The notes beneath the pieces were generated by a model. The model was not told the DNA's origin. It was given only the letters and a program-made list of their open reading frames with translations, and searched no databases. Shown here in pieces: positions 45,161-55,427 of a stretch of 64,000 bases of DNA. This DNA comes from an uncultured Clostridia bacterium (GTDB lineage: Bacteria > Bacillota > Clostridia > Oscillospirales > Ruminococcaceae). The DNA lies in assembly GCA_948473085.1 (NCBI GenBank), contig CAOKWH010000006.1, positions 6,034-70,033 of the forward strand. Direction: 5' to 3'. Every line of letters starts with the position of its first letter. The stretch's first letter is position 1. The position numbers and the translations under genes were made by a program.

Positions 45161-46528
45161 ATGGAAAAAATTTCGGTATATGAAATAGCAAAGGCGCTGC
45201 AAATAGAGTATGATGGCCCGGAGGTGTGGGTGGATGATATCACCACCGATTCCCGCAGCCTGACCGGCCACAGTTTATTTGTTGCGCTGGCGGGGGAACG
45301 CACCGACGGCCATCAATATGTGGCAACTGCGCTCCGCTCCGGCGCCGCACTGGCGGCGGTGGAGCACCCGGTTCCCGGCCTTAGCCCGGAGGAGGAAGCC
45401 CGGCTGCTGCTGGTACAGAGCACCTTTTATGTGCCGCTTACACTGGCAATGGTCTACCGGGACCGGTTTAGCCCGCTTGTGGTGGGGGTAACCGGCAGTG
45501 TGGGCAAAACCACAACCAAGGATTTTATAGCCGGCGTGGTGGCTAAAAAGTATAAAACGCTGAAATCTCAGGGAAACCGGAACAACGAATTTGGCCTGCC
45601 TGGCACCATATTTCAGCTGGATGGCAGCTATGAGGCCGCCGTGTTGGAGATGGGAATGGATGCCAAGGGGGATATCAGCCGGTTGACAGCAGTGGCGCGC
45701 CCGGATATTGGGGTGATTACCAATATTGGCATTTCCCACCTGGAACGGCTGGGCAGCCGGGAAAATATTCTGGCAGCCAAGCTGGAGATGGCCGAGGGAA
45801 TGGCCGATGGCAGCCCGCTGATTCTCTGCGGCGACAACGACCTGCTGGCCACAGTAAAGGAGCCCCGCTTAAAGCTGCTGCGCTATGGAATGGAAGCCCC
45901 CGGCCTGGATGCCTGGGCAGAAAATATGGTGCAGGAGGGGTTTTCCACCCGGTTTGAGATTGTCACGGCCCAGGGGCGCTTTGCCGCCTGTATCCCGGCA
46001 GTGGGCCGGCATAATGTGTTAAACGCCCTGGCCGCATTTTTGGTGGGGCAGTGCATTGGCCTTGCACCCGAAAAAATCCTGGAGGCGCTGGCCGAATATG
46101 TACCTTCCGGCATGCGCCAGCGGCTGCGCCAATGGAACGGAATAGCCGTGGTGGAGGATTGCTACAATGCCGCGCCGGATTCCATGCACGCCGCCCTGGA
46201 GGTACTGGAAGGAATGGCATGCAGCGGCAGCAAATTCTGTGTCTTTGCTGATATGCTGGAGCTTGGCCCGGATGAGGTTGCCGCCCACCTGGAGGTGGGG
46301 CGCCGGGCGGCCGGTGTGGCGGATGCGCTGCTGCTCTACGGCCCGCTTTCCCGGTACTATGCCCAGGGGGCGCAGGAGGCTGGCCTGGCCGATGCAGTGG
46401 TGTATGCCAGTAAAGAAGAGCTGATCCAGGCACTGAAAAGCCGGGTAGATGCCGGGGATATTGTCTGGTTTAAGGGGAGCCGTTCCATGCGGCTGGAGGA
46501 AGTGCTGCAAGCAGCGTTTCCCGAATAA
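45161..46528 (+). CDS. murF: UDP-MurNAc-tripeptide--D-Ala-D-Ala ligase MurF
   Basis: GVTGSVGKTTTKD P-loop and Mur ligase domains, in the dcw position. Confidence 0.9.
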   Translation: MEKISVYEIAKALQIEYDGPEVWVDDITTDSRSLTGHSLFVALAGERTDGHQYVATALRSGAALAAVEHPVPGLSPEEEARLLLVQSTFYVPLTLAMVYRDRFSPLVVGVTGSVGKTTTKDFIAGVVAKKYKTLKSQGNRNNEFGLPGTIFQLDGSYEAAVLEMGMDAKGDISRLTAVARPDIGVITNIGISHLERLGSRENILAAKLEMAEGMADGSPLILCGDNDLLATVKEPRLKLLRYGMEAPGLDAWAENMVQEGFSTRFEIVTAQGRFAACIPAVGRHNVLNALAAFLVGQCIGLAPEKILEALAEYVPSGMRQRLRQWNGIAVVEDCYNAAPDSMHAALEVLEGMACSGSKFCVFADMLELGPDEVAAHLEVGRRAAGVADALLLYGPLSRYYAQGAQEAGLADAVVYASKEELIQALKSRVDAGDIVWFKGSRSMRLEEVLQAAFPE

Positions 46529-46580
46529 TGCCTGGGCAGAAGAACAAGGACTAATACAGAGAACTGGAGATAAACAACTT

Positions 46581-47591
46581 ATGAGTACAACAGCAACATT
46601 GGCGGCAGCCGCAATTGGTTTTGTGGTATCGGCAGTGGGGGGGCGCTTTTTAATTCCCTATCTGCAAAAGCTGCACTTTGGGCAGACCATTTTGGATATT
46701 GGCCCCAGCTGGCATAAAAATAAGCAGGGCACCCCCACGATGGGGGGCATTATGTTCATCACTGCCATTTTGGCGGCGGCAACGGTGGGATATATCATGC
46801 TGCTTGTCGATACAACCTCTGTCAACTGGCGGGGCACCGCTGTGGAGCGGGCCAGATACTGGGGCACGCTGCTTCTTGCGCTCTCTTATGGTATAATTGG
46901 CTTTGTAGACGACTATATTAAGGTAGTGAAGAAACGCAACCTGGGCCTGACAGCCATACAAAAGCTGATTATGCAGTTTTTGGCAGCTGGGCTTTATCTG
47001 CTTATCCTCTACACAGCCGGAGACACCTCCACTGTGCTGATTATCCCCTTTTTGGGGCAGCTGGATCTGGGGCTGCTGTATTTCCCGCTTTGTTTGCTGG
47101 GTATTGTATATGTCACCAACTCGGTAAACCTGACCGATGGGATAGATGGCCTTTGCGGTTCAGTTACCTGTGTGGCGGCGCTGGGCTTTATGCTCCTTTC
47201 CGCCGTGCTGGGCTTTGGCGGCATCAATGTGCTGGCCACAGCTTTGGCAGCGGCCTGCCTGGGCTTTTTAATCTGGAATTTCTACCCTGCTAAAGTGTTC
47301 ATGGGGGATACCGGTTCCATGTTCCTGGGGGGGATGGTTACCGGCCTCGCCTTTGGCATGGGTATGCCGCTGATTCTGGCATTTTTGGGCATTATCTATA
47401 TTACAGAATCCCTTTCTGTTATATTGCAGGTTATTTCGTTTAAAACAACGGGAAAGCGCATCTTTAAAATGAGCCCCATTCACCACCATTTCGAGATGAG
47501 CGGATGGTCGGAGGTGCGCATTGACCTAACCTTTTCCCTTATTACAGTAGCGGGGGCTGTATTGGCTCTGATGGCGGTACGCATGATATAA
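46581..47591 (+). CDS. mraY: Phospho-MurNAc-pentapeptide translocase MraY
   Basis: PTMGG, NLTDGIDGL and MGDTGS motifs. GGAGA RBS before ATG 46581. The track start at 46449 overlaps murF. Confidence 0.9.
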   Translation: MSTTATLAAAAIGFVVSAVGGRFLIPYLQKLHFGQTILDIGPSWHKNKQGTPTMGGIMFITAILAAATVGYIMLLVDTTSVNWRGTAVERARYWGTLLLALSYGIIGFVDDYIKVVKKRNLGLTAIQKLIMQFLAAGLYLLILYTAGDTSTVLIIPFLGQLDLGLLYFPLCLLGIVYVTNSVNLTDGIDGLCGSVTCVAALGFMLLSAVLGFGGINVLATALAAACLGFLIWNFYPAKVFMGDTGSMFLGGMVTGLAFGMGMPLILAFLGIIYITESLSVILQVISFKTTGKRIFKMSPIHHHFEMSGWSEVRIDLTFSLITVAGAVLALMAVRMI

Positions 47592-47598
47592 CTGATGT

Positions 47599-48771
47599 TT
47601 GGAGGTTGATGCTTTGGCTAATGTGACCAACTCACTAAAAAGAAAACTGATTAAGCCTATGTCGGGGCAGATGGATATGGTTTTTTTCCTGCTTACCATG
47701 CTGCTGCTGGTTATTGGGCTTGTTATGCTGTTTTCGGCAAGTTATGCCAACGCCTACTATCTGCTGGGTGACAGCTTCCGCTATATCAAAAACCAGATGA
47801 TTTTTGCTGTAGCCGGTGTGGCAGCCATGCTGTTTATTTCCAAAGTCATTGACTATCACATTTTTCACCGGCTGGTTTATTTGATGATGGGCATTTCGTT
47901 GGTTTTGCTGGTGGTTGTCTTTTTTATGCCGGCGCTCAACGATGCCCACCGCTGGATTTTTATTGGGTCGGGGAACTATAGTATCAGCTTTCAGCCGTCG
48001 GAGATTGCCAAGTTTTCTTTGGTGGTGCTTTTTGCCCACTGGATGTCCATCAATCCTAAATCAACCCGGAGCATTTCGGGGCTAATCCCCTATTTTGCGG
48101 CAATGGGGGCTATTATGTTGCTGCTGATTCCGGAGCCGCACCTTTCGGCCACCGTTATTATTGCAGTGCTGGCAGTAATCATGCTTATTATTGGCGGCAT
48201 GAACCTGAAGCTTTTGGTGGCAGGTGCCTTTGCAGGGGTGCCGTCCCTGCTGCTGCTTATTTTTATCATGGGCAAGTGGGACCGCTTGATGGGGCGGGTT
48301 TCCAGCTGGCTGGATCCATTTTTGGATGCCCGGGGGGATGGCTGGCAGACCATCCAGTCCCTCTATTCCATCGGCTCCGGTGGGCTGATGGGCACAGGGT
48401 TTGGTAACTCCCGGCAGAAGTATCTGTTCCTGCCCGAGCCGCAGAACGACTTTATCTTTGCCATTGTCTGCGAGGAATTGGGCTTTTTTGGCGCTACACT
48501 CATTTTAATGCTGTTTGCTCTGTTGGTATGGCGGGGGTTTGTTATCGGCATGCAGGCCAAAGACCGTTTTGGCTCCTACATTGCATTTGGCCTTACGACC
48601 CAAATTGCCCTTCAGGTTATTTTAAATATTGCTGTAGCTACCAACACGGTCCCCAACACCGGCATTGGCCTGCCATTTTTCTCTTACGGGGGAACTTCGC
48701 TGATGATGCTGCTGGGACAGGTGGGGGTACTGCTGAATATATCGCGGCAAACCAAGCCGGGGAGTGAATGA
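47599..48771 (+). CDS. ftsW: FtsW/RodA/SpoVE-family peptidoglycan glycosyltransferase
   Basis: SEDS-family polytopic protein (QPSEIAKF, GLPFFSYGGTS). Start is uncertain: TTG 47599 or ATG 47659. Confidence 0.85.
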   Translation: MEVDALANVTNSLKRKLIKPMSGQMDMVFFLLTMLLLVIGLVMLFSASYANAYYLLGDSFRYIKNQMIFAVAGVAAMLFISKVIDYHIFHRLVYLMMGISLVLLVVVFFMPALNDAHRWIFIGSGNYSISFQPSEIAKFSLVVLFAHWMSINPKSTRSISGLIPYFAAMGAIMLLLIPEPHLSATVIIAVLAVIMLIIGGMNLKLLVAGAFAGVPSLLLLIFIMGKWDRLMGRVSSWLDPFLDARGDGWQTIQSLYSIGSGGLMGTGFGNSRQKYLFLPEPQNDFIFAIVCEELGFFGATLILMLFALLVWRGFVIGMQAKDRFGSYIAFGLTTQIALQVILNIAVATNTVPNTGIGLPFFSYGGTSLMMLLGQVGVLLNISRQTKPGSE

Positions 48772-48773
48772 AT

Positions 48774-49901
48774 ATGAAAATACTCTTTGCGTGCGGCGGC
48801 ACGGCGGGGCACATCAACCCGGCCATTGCCACCGCCAACTACATAAAAAAGCGGCACCCCGATGCCGGGATCCTGTTTATTGGCAGCCCCAAGGGGATGG
48901 AAGCCCGCCTGGTGCGGGAAGCCGGGTTTGACTTTGCTCCAGTGGAGATAAAGGGGATTCAGCGCCGGCTCACTTGGCACAATGTCTGGTACAACTTCTC
49001 TTCGCTGCTGCTGCTGACTACCTGCTGGGGGAAAATACGTCATGTACTGGAGCGCTTTTCCCCGGATGCCGTGGTGGGCACCGGCGGCTATGTCAGCGGC
49101 CCGGTGCTGCGCCTGGCGAGTAAAATGGGCGTTAAAACGGTTGCCCATGAATCCAACGCTTATCCGGGCGTAACCACCCGGCTGGTGGCCAAAACAGCGG
49201 ATAAGGTGCTGTTGGCTGTGCCGGAGGCCGCCGACTATCTGGAATGTAGGAACCCCCCGGTGGTTACCGGCAGCCCGGTGCGGGAAGAAATCCTGTTTGC
49301 CGACCGGGATGCCGCCCGGAAAAAGCTGGGTGTAGGGGAACGGGTGTGCATCCTCTCCTTCGGCGGCAGCCTGGGGGCGGAGCGTATCAACCGGGCGATG
49401 GCCCAGGTTGTGGCCCATTTTGCCCCCACCGGCCGCACTCATCACATCCATGCCACCGGTTCCTATGGCGTGCAGCTGTTCCCTGATTGTTTGGCCGAGC
49501 TGGGCGCAGAGATAAACGGGGATGCCCACATGGACATCCGGGAGTATATTCGGGATATGGCCGATTGTTTGGCGGCAGCCGACCTGGTTATCTGCCGGGC
49601 CGGCGCTATGACATTAACCGAATTGGAAGCCGCAGGACGGGCCTCCATCCTAATCCCCTCCCCCAATGTGGCGGAAAACCATCAGTACCGCAATGCCGTA
49701 GTGCTGCAAAACCACGATGCCGCTGTGGTCATTGAGGAGAAGGAGCTGACAGGGGATCGGCTGATTGCCGCTATTGAAACATTGCTGAACCATCCGCAGC
49801 AGCTGGCCCGGTTGGGCCAGAATGCCGCCCAATTGGCGCTGATTGACGCAAATGAACGCATCTATCAGGAGATTATGGAACTTCTAAAAAAAGAGGCATA
49901 A
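48774..49901 (+). CDS. murG: UDP-GlcNAc--lipid I GlcNAc transferase MurG
   Basis: GGTAGHINPA motif. ATG 48768 is an alternative start. Overlaps or abuts the ftsW stop. Confidence 0.9.
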   Translation: MKILFACGGTAGHINPAIATANYIKKRHPDAGILFIGSPKGMEARLVREAGFDFAPVEIKGIQRRLTWHNVWYNFSSLLLLTTCWGKIRHVLERFSPDAVVGTGGYVSGPVLRLASKMGVKTVAHESNAYPGVTTRLVAKTADKVLLAVPEAADYLECRNPPVVTGSPVREEILFADRDAARKKLGVGERVCILSFGGSLGAERINRAMAQVVAHFAPTGRTHHIHATGSYGVQLFPDCLAELGAEINGDAHMDIREYIRDMADCLAAADLVICRAGAMTLTELEAAGRASILIPSPNVAENHQYRNAVVLQNHDAAVVIEEKELTGDRLIAAIETLLNHPQQLARLGQNAAQLALIDANERIYQEIMELLKKEA

Positions 49902-50027
49902 AACCATCCAGGTCTGCTTATTTTTACCTGGAGGTTGAAAAAATTCACCCTTTTACTATAAAAGGCATAGGATGGAAGGAAAAACAATCCGAACCAAACC
50001 ATGGAACGAGAGGGTGAAGCATACTAT

Positions 50028-51401
50028 ATGTCAGTATACATTATCGAGGGTGGCGTTCCCCTCCAAGGGGAAATTGCCGTTCATGGAGCAAAAAATGCCG
50101 CATTGCCGGTGTTGGCGGCTGCACTGCTGCCGCCGGAGAGCCACATTTTAGCCTGCCCGTCCCTGACCGATACTGCCGCCGCTATGGACATCCTCAGGGC
50201 GTTGGGGTGCAGGGTTACCAGAGAGCAGGAGGGTGTAACAGTGGACACCTCCTCTGCCCAGCAGTGGGAGGTGCCGGAGCGTTTTATGCGGGAGATGCGT
50301 TCCTCCATCATCTTTTTGGGGGCAATTCTGGCCCGCTTTGGCCGGGCACGGGTCTCCTTCCCCGGTGGGTGTGAGCTGGGGCCCCGGCCCATAGACCTGC
50401 ACCTGGCTGCCCTGGAAAAGATGGGGACGGTTATCCAGGAGGATCACGGCTGCCTGGACTGTACAGTGCCGCAGGGGAGGCTGCATGGGGCGGAAATTTT
50501 TCTGGCGCTGCCCTCTGTTGGTGCCACCCAGAATGTGATGATTGCCGCCAGTACGGCACTGGGCCGAACCATCCTGCATGGCGCCGCAAAGGAACCGGAG
50601 ATTGACGACCTGGCCGCCTTTTTGCGGGGGGCTGGGGCGCGTATCTATACCAATTCCGCCGGAAGTATGGTAATTGACGGGGTGGAGCAGCTGCACAGTG
50701 TTACCCATCGGGTAATGCCCGACCGTATAGCGGCGGCTACCTACTTATGTTGTGCAGCGGCGGCAGGCGGCAATATTGTGGTGCGGGACTGTGTGCCGGG
50801 CCATTTGCAGGCGGTGCTGCCCTGTTTGGAGCAGGCCGGCTGCCGGATACAGCGGTATGGAGATGCGGTGGGCCTTCGCTCCCAGGGGCAGCTGCACAGC
50901 TTTGGCTGGGTGCGCACCATGCCCTACCCGGGTTTCCCCACCGATGTCCAGGCCCCTTTAATGGCAGTGGCCACACTGGCAAAGGGGACCACAGTGTTTA
51001 CCGAAACTATCTTTGAAAACCGCTTCCGCCATGCTGATGAACTGCGGCGGATGGGGGCAAATATCCGCACCGAGGGCCGGGTGGCCATTATTACCGGGGC
51101 GGAACAACTGCACAGTGCTTCGGTGGTCTGTACCGATCTGCGGGGCGGAGCCGCCTTGTGTATTGCAGCTCTGGCCGCCCAGGGCCAGAGCCGAGTGGCC
51201 GAGATACGCCATATCGAACGGGGATATGAACACCTGGATCAAAGCCTGCGCAGTTTGGGGGCCAATATTACAAGGAGCAGAGATGAAAAGGAAGAAGAAA
51301 CGCACGCCGAGCAAAACTACATACAAGACAGCCCGGCCCAAACCGACCAGGCCGCAGCCGATGCCGCCCAAAAAACTGGTCCGGAAGAAGCGCCGGCGTA
51401 G
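50028..51401 (+). CDS. murA: UDP-GlcNAc 1-carboxyvinyltransferase MurA with a ~40-aa acidic C-terminal extension
   Basis: GAKNAALP and active-site FPGGCELGPRPIDLH. The family-typical end (LGANITR) is followed by a tail that overlaps ftsQ. Confidence 0.9.
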   Translation: MSVYIIEGGVPLQGEIAVHGAKNAALPVLAAALLPPESHILACPSLTDTAAAMDILRALGCRVTREQEGVTVDTSSAQQWEVPERFMREMRSSIIFLGAILARFGRARVSFPGGCELGPRPIDLHLAALEKMGTVIQEDHGCLDCTVPQGRLHGAEIFLALPSVGATQNVMIAASTALGRTILHGAAKEPEIDDLAAFLRGAGARIYTNSAGSMVIDGVEQLHSVTHRVMPDRIAAATYLCCAAAAGGNIVVRDCVPGHLQAVLPCLEQAGCRIQRYGDAVGLRSQGQLHSFGWVRTMPYPGFPTDVQAPLMAVATLAKGTTVFTETIFENRFRHADELRRMGANIRTEGRVAIITGAEQLHSASVVCTDLRGGAALCIAALAAQGQSRVAEIRHIERGYEHLDQSLRSLGANITRSRDEKEEETHAEQNYIQDSPAQTDQAAADAAQKTGPEEAPA

Positions 51402-52245
51402 GGGACGCAACATCCTCTACTATGTAATGTTCGCTGTGTTGGCAGTGGCTATCAGCCTGATTCTCTCCCTTACTGTCTTTTTTAAGGTGGAAACCATTGA
51501 GGTAAAGGGCAGCACCAAATATCAGCCCGGGGCCTTTTTTGGAGCTGCCGGCTTTGAGGTGGGTGTTAACCTGTTCAGCATAAGTGTTGGGCTTGTGGCC
51601 AAGGCGCTCACCGATACCTACCCCTATGTGGAGGCGGTGCGTGTTCAGCGCTCCCTGCCTTCCAAGGTGACACTGCACATCACCGAGGCGGTGGAACTGG
51701 GAGCATTTATGCAGGAGGACGGCACTTATATTTTGGTCAGTGACAAGGGCCGGATTTTGGAGATTGCTGCCGGTTCCCCCAAAGCCGGAACGCTGGTTGT
51801 AAACGGGGTGCAGATAGAAAACCCACAGCTGTGCCAGAATATTCCGGGAGAAAATGATGAATCACTGGGGATGCTCCGTTACCTGGTGGAGGCCATCTAT
51901 ACCACCGGGTTTGAGAATGTATCCCGCATCGACCTTTCGGATAGGCTGAATATGTATATCATCTATGATGACCGGGTGCGCATTGAACTGGGCAGCGAAA
52001 CCGAACTGGTGGATAAGCTGGATTTTGCAAAGTATGCGTTGGACAACAATGTCCGTTCCGACTTTGAGGGGATAATGGATGTAACAATGGCTAAAAGAAT
52101 CAGCTTTCTGCCGGCAGAAATCCACGAGCCGGGCTATCACGGCGAAGAATTGCCATCGGAGGAGCCGGATACAGAACCAACCGACAGTGTGGAATCCGGC
52201 AAGGAGGACACCGCGCTGGAAGATGGGGAGCCGGCGGACAGTTGA
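51283..52245 (+). CDS. ftsQ: Cell division protein FtsQ/DivIB
   Basis: AAGGAG 5 nt before ATG 51283. Basic tail, TM helix and a POTRA-like region (FKVETIEVKGSTKY). Confidence 0.75.
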   Translation: MKRKKKRTPSKTTYKTARPKPTRPQPMPPKKLVRKKRRRRGRNILYYVMFAVLAVAISLILSLTVFFKVETIEVKGSTKYQPGAFFGAAGFEVGVNLFSISVGLVAKALTDTYPYVEAVRVQRSLPSKVTLHITEAVELGAFMQEDGTYILVSDKGRILEIAAGSPKAGTLVVNGVQIENPQLCQNIPGENDESLGMLRYLVEAIYTTGFENVSRIDLSDRLNMYIIYDDRVRIELGSETELVDKLDFAKYALDNNVRSDFEGIMDVTMAKRISFLPAEIHEPGYHGEELPSEEPDTEPTDSVESGKEDTALEDGEPADS

Positions 52246-52501
52246 CCGCCGCTTCGGCAGATTTTGCACCATTTGGGCAGTATGATGTTCCTTAGCAGGG
52301 GATTGTGGCGGAACCTCTAATTTTTATGGGGGATTTGCCGTATATGGTGTTCAAAGTGGTTGCGTAAATCGGTTTTTTCTGCTAAACTGTATTTGATATA
52401 GTATCGCTATGCCTAAGGAACGGGCAGATTTTTTAAATGATTTTACCAGGTGGCAACAGGCCTTAAAATATACAAGAAGTACAAAAGGGGAAACGAGCGC
52501 T

Positions 52502-53632
52502 ATGCAGATGAACTTTAACATCGACAACAATGATTTTGAACGGGAAACAAATATCAAGGTCGTGGGTGTCGGCGGCGGCGGCGGAAACGCTGTGAACCGC
52601 ATGATTAGCGAGGGTGTTAAGAGCGCCGATTTTATCGCTATCAACACCGATAACCAGGCGCTGAAGCGCTCCCTTGCCGACCAGAAAATCCATATTGGCG
52701 TAAAACTGACCCGCGGCCAGGGCGCAGGCGGCATTCCGGAAAGAGGCCAGCGCGCGGCGGAGGAGAACCGGGACGAAATTGCCGCAGCCTTAAAGGGCAC
52801 CGACATGGTGTTTATTACTGCCGGCATGGGTGGTGGCACCGGCACCGGGGCAGCCCCTGTTGTGGCCGAGGTTGCCCATGAGATGGGTGTACTGACAGTG
52901 GGTATTGTAACCAAGCCCTTTTTGTTTGAAGGCGCCCGCAGAATGAGCCAGGCAGAACTGGGCATTGCCGCCCTGCAGGAGCATGTAGATGCCCTTTTGG
53001 TCATTCCCAATGAGCGCCTGAAGCTGATTACCGAGGAGAAGATTACGCTGATTAACGCCTTTTCCCAGGCCGATTTGGTGCTGAAAAACGGTGTGCAGAG
53101 CATTTCTGACATTATCAATATCCCCGGGGTTATCAACCTGGACTTTGCCGATGTTGTATCTATTATGAAGGGGGCCGGCCTGGCCCACATGGGCACCGGC
53201 ACTGCCACCGGCAAGGATAAGGCCGAACTGGCGGCTAAGATGGCAATTTCCTCCCCGCTGCTGGAAACCTCCATTGACGGCGCCCGGGGTGTTATTATCA
53301 ATATCACCGGCCCGCTGGATATGAGCATGGACGAGGTGGATTTGGCTTCCAGCATTGTGCACGACGCCGCCCACCCGGAAGCGAACATTATCTGGGGTGT
53401 ATCCTGCGAGGAAAGCCTGAACGATGAGATTCGCATTACCGTTATTGCCACCGGGTTTGACCGTGGCCCGGAGGATTTTGATTTGCCCAACTACCGGTTT
53501 AAAAGCGAGCCTTCCCCGAAGGTTGCCGTAGATGCAGAGGATACGGCTGCAGAGGGCGAAACCTCCGCTGAAGATGACGAGGACGATGAGGACTTTTTCC
53601 AGATACTGAACATCTTCAATACAAAGAGATAA
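52502..53632 (+). CDS. ftsZ: Cell division GTPase FtsZ
   Basis: GVGGGGGNAVNRM and GGGTGTGAAPV tubulin signature. Acidic linker and C-terminal peptide DFFQILNIF. Confidence 0.95.
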   Translation: MQMNFNIDNNDFERETNIKVVGVGGGGGNAVNRMISEGVKSADFIAINTDNQALKRSLADQKIHIGVKLTRGQGAGGIPERGQRAAEENRDEIAAALKGTDMVFITAGMGGGTGTGAAPVVAEVAHEMGVLTVGIVTKPFLFEGARRMSQAELGIAALQEHVDALLVIPNERLKLITEEKITLINAFSQADLVLKNGVQSISDIINIPGVINLDFADVVSIMKGAGLAHMGTGTATGKDKAELAAKMAISSPLLETSIDGARGVIINITGPLDMSMDEVDLASSIVHDAAHPEANIIWGVSCEESLNDEIRITVIATGFDRGPEDFDLPNYRFKSEPSPKVAVDAEDTAAEGETSAEDDEDDEDFFQILNIFNTKR

Positions 53633-53638
53633 ATCAAA

Positions 53639-53681
53639 GCTCCTGCCGATACTGTCCGTATTGACAGGGGCTTTTTGTTTT
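53639..53681 (+). terminator. Intrinsic terminator after ftsZ
   Basis: GCTCCTG ... CAGGGGC stem with a nested ATAC/GTAT pair, followed by TTTTTGTTTT. Confidence 0.7.
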
Positions 53682-53702
53682 ACAGAAAGGAGCTGACAAA
53701 AG

Positions 53703-54662
53703 ATGCGCAATCTGTACATCGATATAAACATGTACTCCCTTTCCCTGTATCCTGCCATCGACACGACCATCTATGTCGACCATTTTGAACCGGTGCAGGA
53801 ACTGATTGCCACCAATGAACACAGCGAAGCCGGAGGCAAAGGCGCCAATGTGTCCGCCGCCCTGGGCGAGATGGGCATTTCCTGCCCCTGCATTGCACTG
53901 GTGGGCCGGGAAAACGCCGAGAGTTATCTGAAAAAGCTAAAGAGGATAGGGGTGCAGTATATCCCGCTGTTTGCCGAGGGGCGCATTCGGGAAAACCTTT
54001 CGCTGGAGACGCCCGCCGGGCAGTTTCGCATTATGCGCCGGGGCTTTTCAGCCGACCCTGGCACCCTGCCCCAGCTGCAGCGGATTCTTTCGGCTGTGTT
54101 GTTTCCTGGCGATTTGGTGTTTGTGGGCGGAAAGCTGCCGGAAGGGATTTTGTCCGAGGATCTGGCCAGTATCTGCGAATTTATCCGGGGCCTGGGGGCA
54201 TGGGTAATATTGGATACAGCTTCGATTACACTGGAGGACTTGGAACACATTGCCCCGATACTGATGAAACCCAACCGCTATGAGCTGGCTGCCCTGACCG
54301 GTTTGGAGGTTACAAGTGTTGAGCAGGGCATTGCTGCCGGCCACTGCCTGCTTGGGGCTGGTGTGCAGAGCCTGCTTATCAGCCTGGATGCCGATGGGGC
54401 TATTTACCTGGATGCCAACACCTGCCTCACCGCTGCCGCTCCGGCGGTGGAGGTGAAGAGCACCGTGGGCGCCGGGGATAGTATGCTTGCCCGGTTTACT
54501 GGCTGCCTCAGCCAGGGGATGCAGTTGCAGGACGCCCTGTGCCATGCCGTAGCAGCCGGGAGCGCTGCCTGCACCTACTATGGCACCAAAGCCCCCAACG
54601 GGGAGCTGGTGGAGCAGCTGGCAGCCCAGGTGCAGGTGCGGGAGCTTTGTCACCGAACATAG
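53703..54662 (+). CDS. PfkB-family hexose-phosphate kinase (1-phosphofructokinase/tagatose-6-P kinase type)
   Basis: GGKGANVS and VGAGDSM motifs. ATG 53730 is an alternative start. Confidence 0.8.
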   Translation: MRNLYIDINMYSLSLYPAIDTTIYVDHFEPVQELIATNEHSEAGGKGANVSAALGEMGISCPCIALVGRENAESYLKKLKRIGVQYIPLFAEGRIRENLSLETPAGQFRIMRRGFSADPGTLPQLQRILSAVLFPGDLVFVGGKLPEGILSEDLASICEFIRGLGAWVILDTASITLEDLEHIAPILMKPNRYELAALTGLEVTSVEQGIAAGHCLLGAGVQSLLISLDADGAIYLDANTCLTAAAPAVEVKSTVGAGDSMLARFTGCLSQGMQLQDALCHAVAAGSAACTYYGTKAPNGELVEQLAAQVQVRELCHRT

Positions 54663-54726
54663 TGTTTTACCATATACTGTACCGTCGGAAGCTTTTTATC
54701 TTCCACAGACCTTATAGCAAAGGCAG

Positions 54727-55380
54727 GTGCAGTATATTTTTATGGAAAGACAGAAATATCCCTGCAGTATCGAGGCCCTTTGGGAGCTGCGGGTGCTCTT
54801 GGATGATATGATAGAACAAATGCAGAAGGAGGCCCTGGCCGCTGCAAAGCCAGCCGAGCTGGCACTACTTTGCAGCGCCGACCGGATGCTGGTGGGCATG
54901 GGGGAGGAGCTAACCCTATCCGGTGTGGTGAAAAATACATCCCAGGCTGACGCTGGAGAACTTTGGCTTGCTTTCACCCTTCCCGCTGGGTTGCGGCCGG
55001 TTCCCGGCAGTGTCAGCTGTGATTGTGAGAGCGCTAAGGCGGATTGCCCCGGTGCAATCCGGCTGCCGGGCCTGGCTGCCGGCGAAAGCTGTATTATCCG
55101 TTTTCAGGCCCGGGTGGACCAGCTCCCTGGGGAAAATCCGGTGCAGGTGGGCTTTCGCTGCCAGCAGGGTGGACGAAGCATCGAGGCGGATAGCCTGTGC
55201 ATCTGGATTACCGACCGCAGCTGCTGCCGGAAAAGCGTGGGCTGCTGCATGGCCGATGTGCTGGCCCAGTGGAGCCTGGCCCAGCTGTTCGGCCTGGATG
55301 ATTGCGAAATTGCCCTGTTGCTGGAGTATCTGCAAAATCACCGGGAGGATATCCTCTCCATTACCGGCGGCTGTCGATAA
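54727..55380 (+). CDS. Hypothetical protein with a beta-sandwich-like middle region and a Cys-rich C-terminal part
   Basis: 217-aa ORF followed by a strong terminator. No confident family assignment. Start is uncertain (54727 or 54742). Confidence 0.45.
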   Translation: MQYIFMERQKYPCSIEALWELRVLLDDMIEQMQKEALAAAKPAELALLCSADRMLVGMGEELTLSGVVKNTSQADAGELWLAFTLPAGLRPVPGSVSCDCESAKADCPGAIRLPGLAAGESCIIRFQARVDQLPGENPVQVGFRCQQGGRSIEADSLCIWITDRSCCRKSVGCCMADVLAQWSLAQLFGLDDCEIALLLEYLQNHREDILSITGGCR

Positions 55381-55390
55381 TCTGTTTTAG

Positions 55391-55427
55391 AAAAAGCCCC
55401 ATTCCTGTTTGGAATGGGGCTTTTTTT
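55391..55427. terminator. Bidirectional intrinsic terminator
   Basis: AAAAAGCCCCATTCC-TGTTT-GGAATGGGGCTTTTT perfect stem between convergent genes. Confidence 0.8.

Noticed and set aside
52351-53770. 379-aa and 326-aa minus-strand ORFs
   Set aside because: They are antisense to ftsZ, whose identity is unambiguous.
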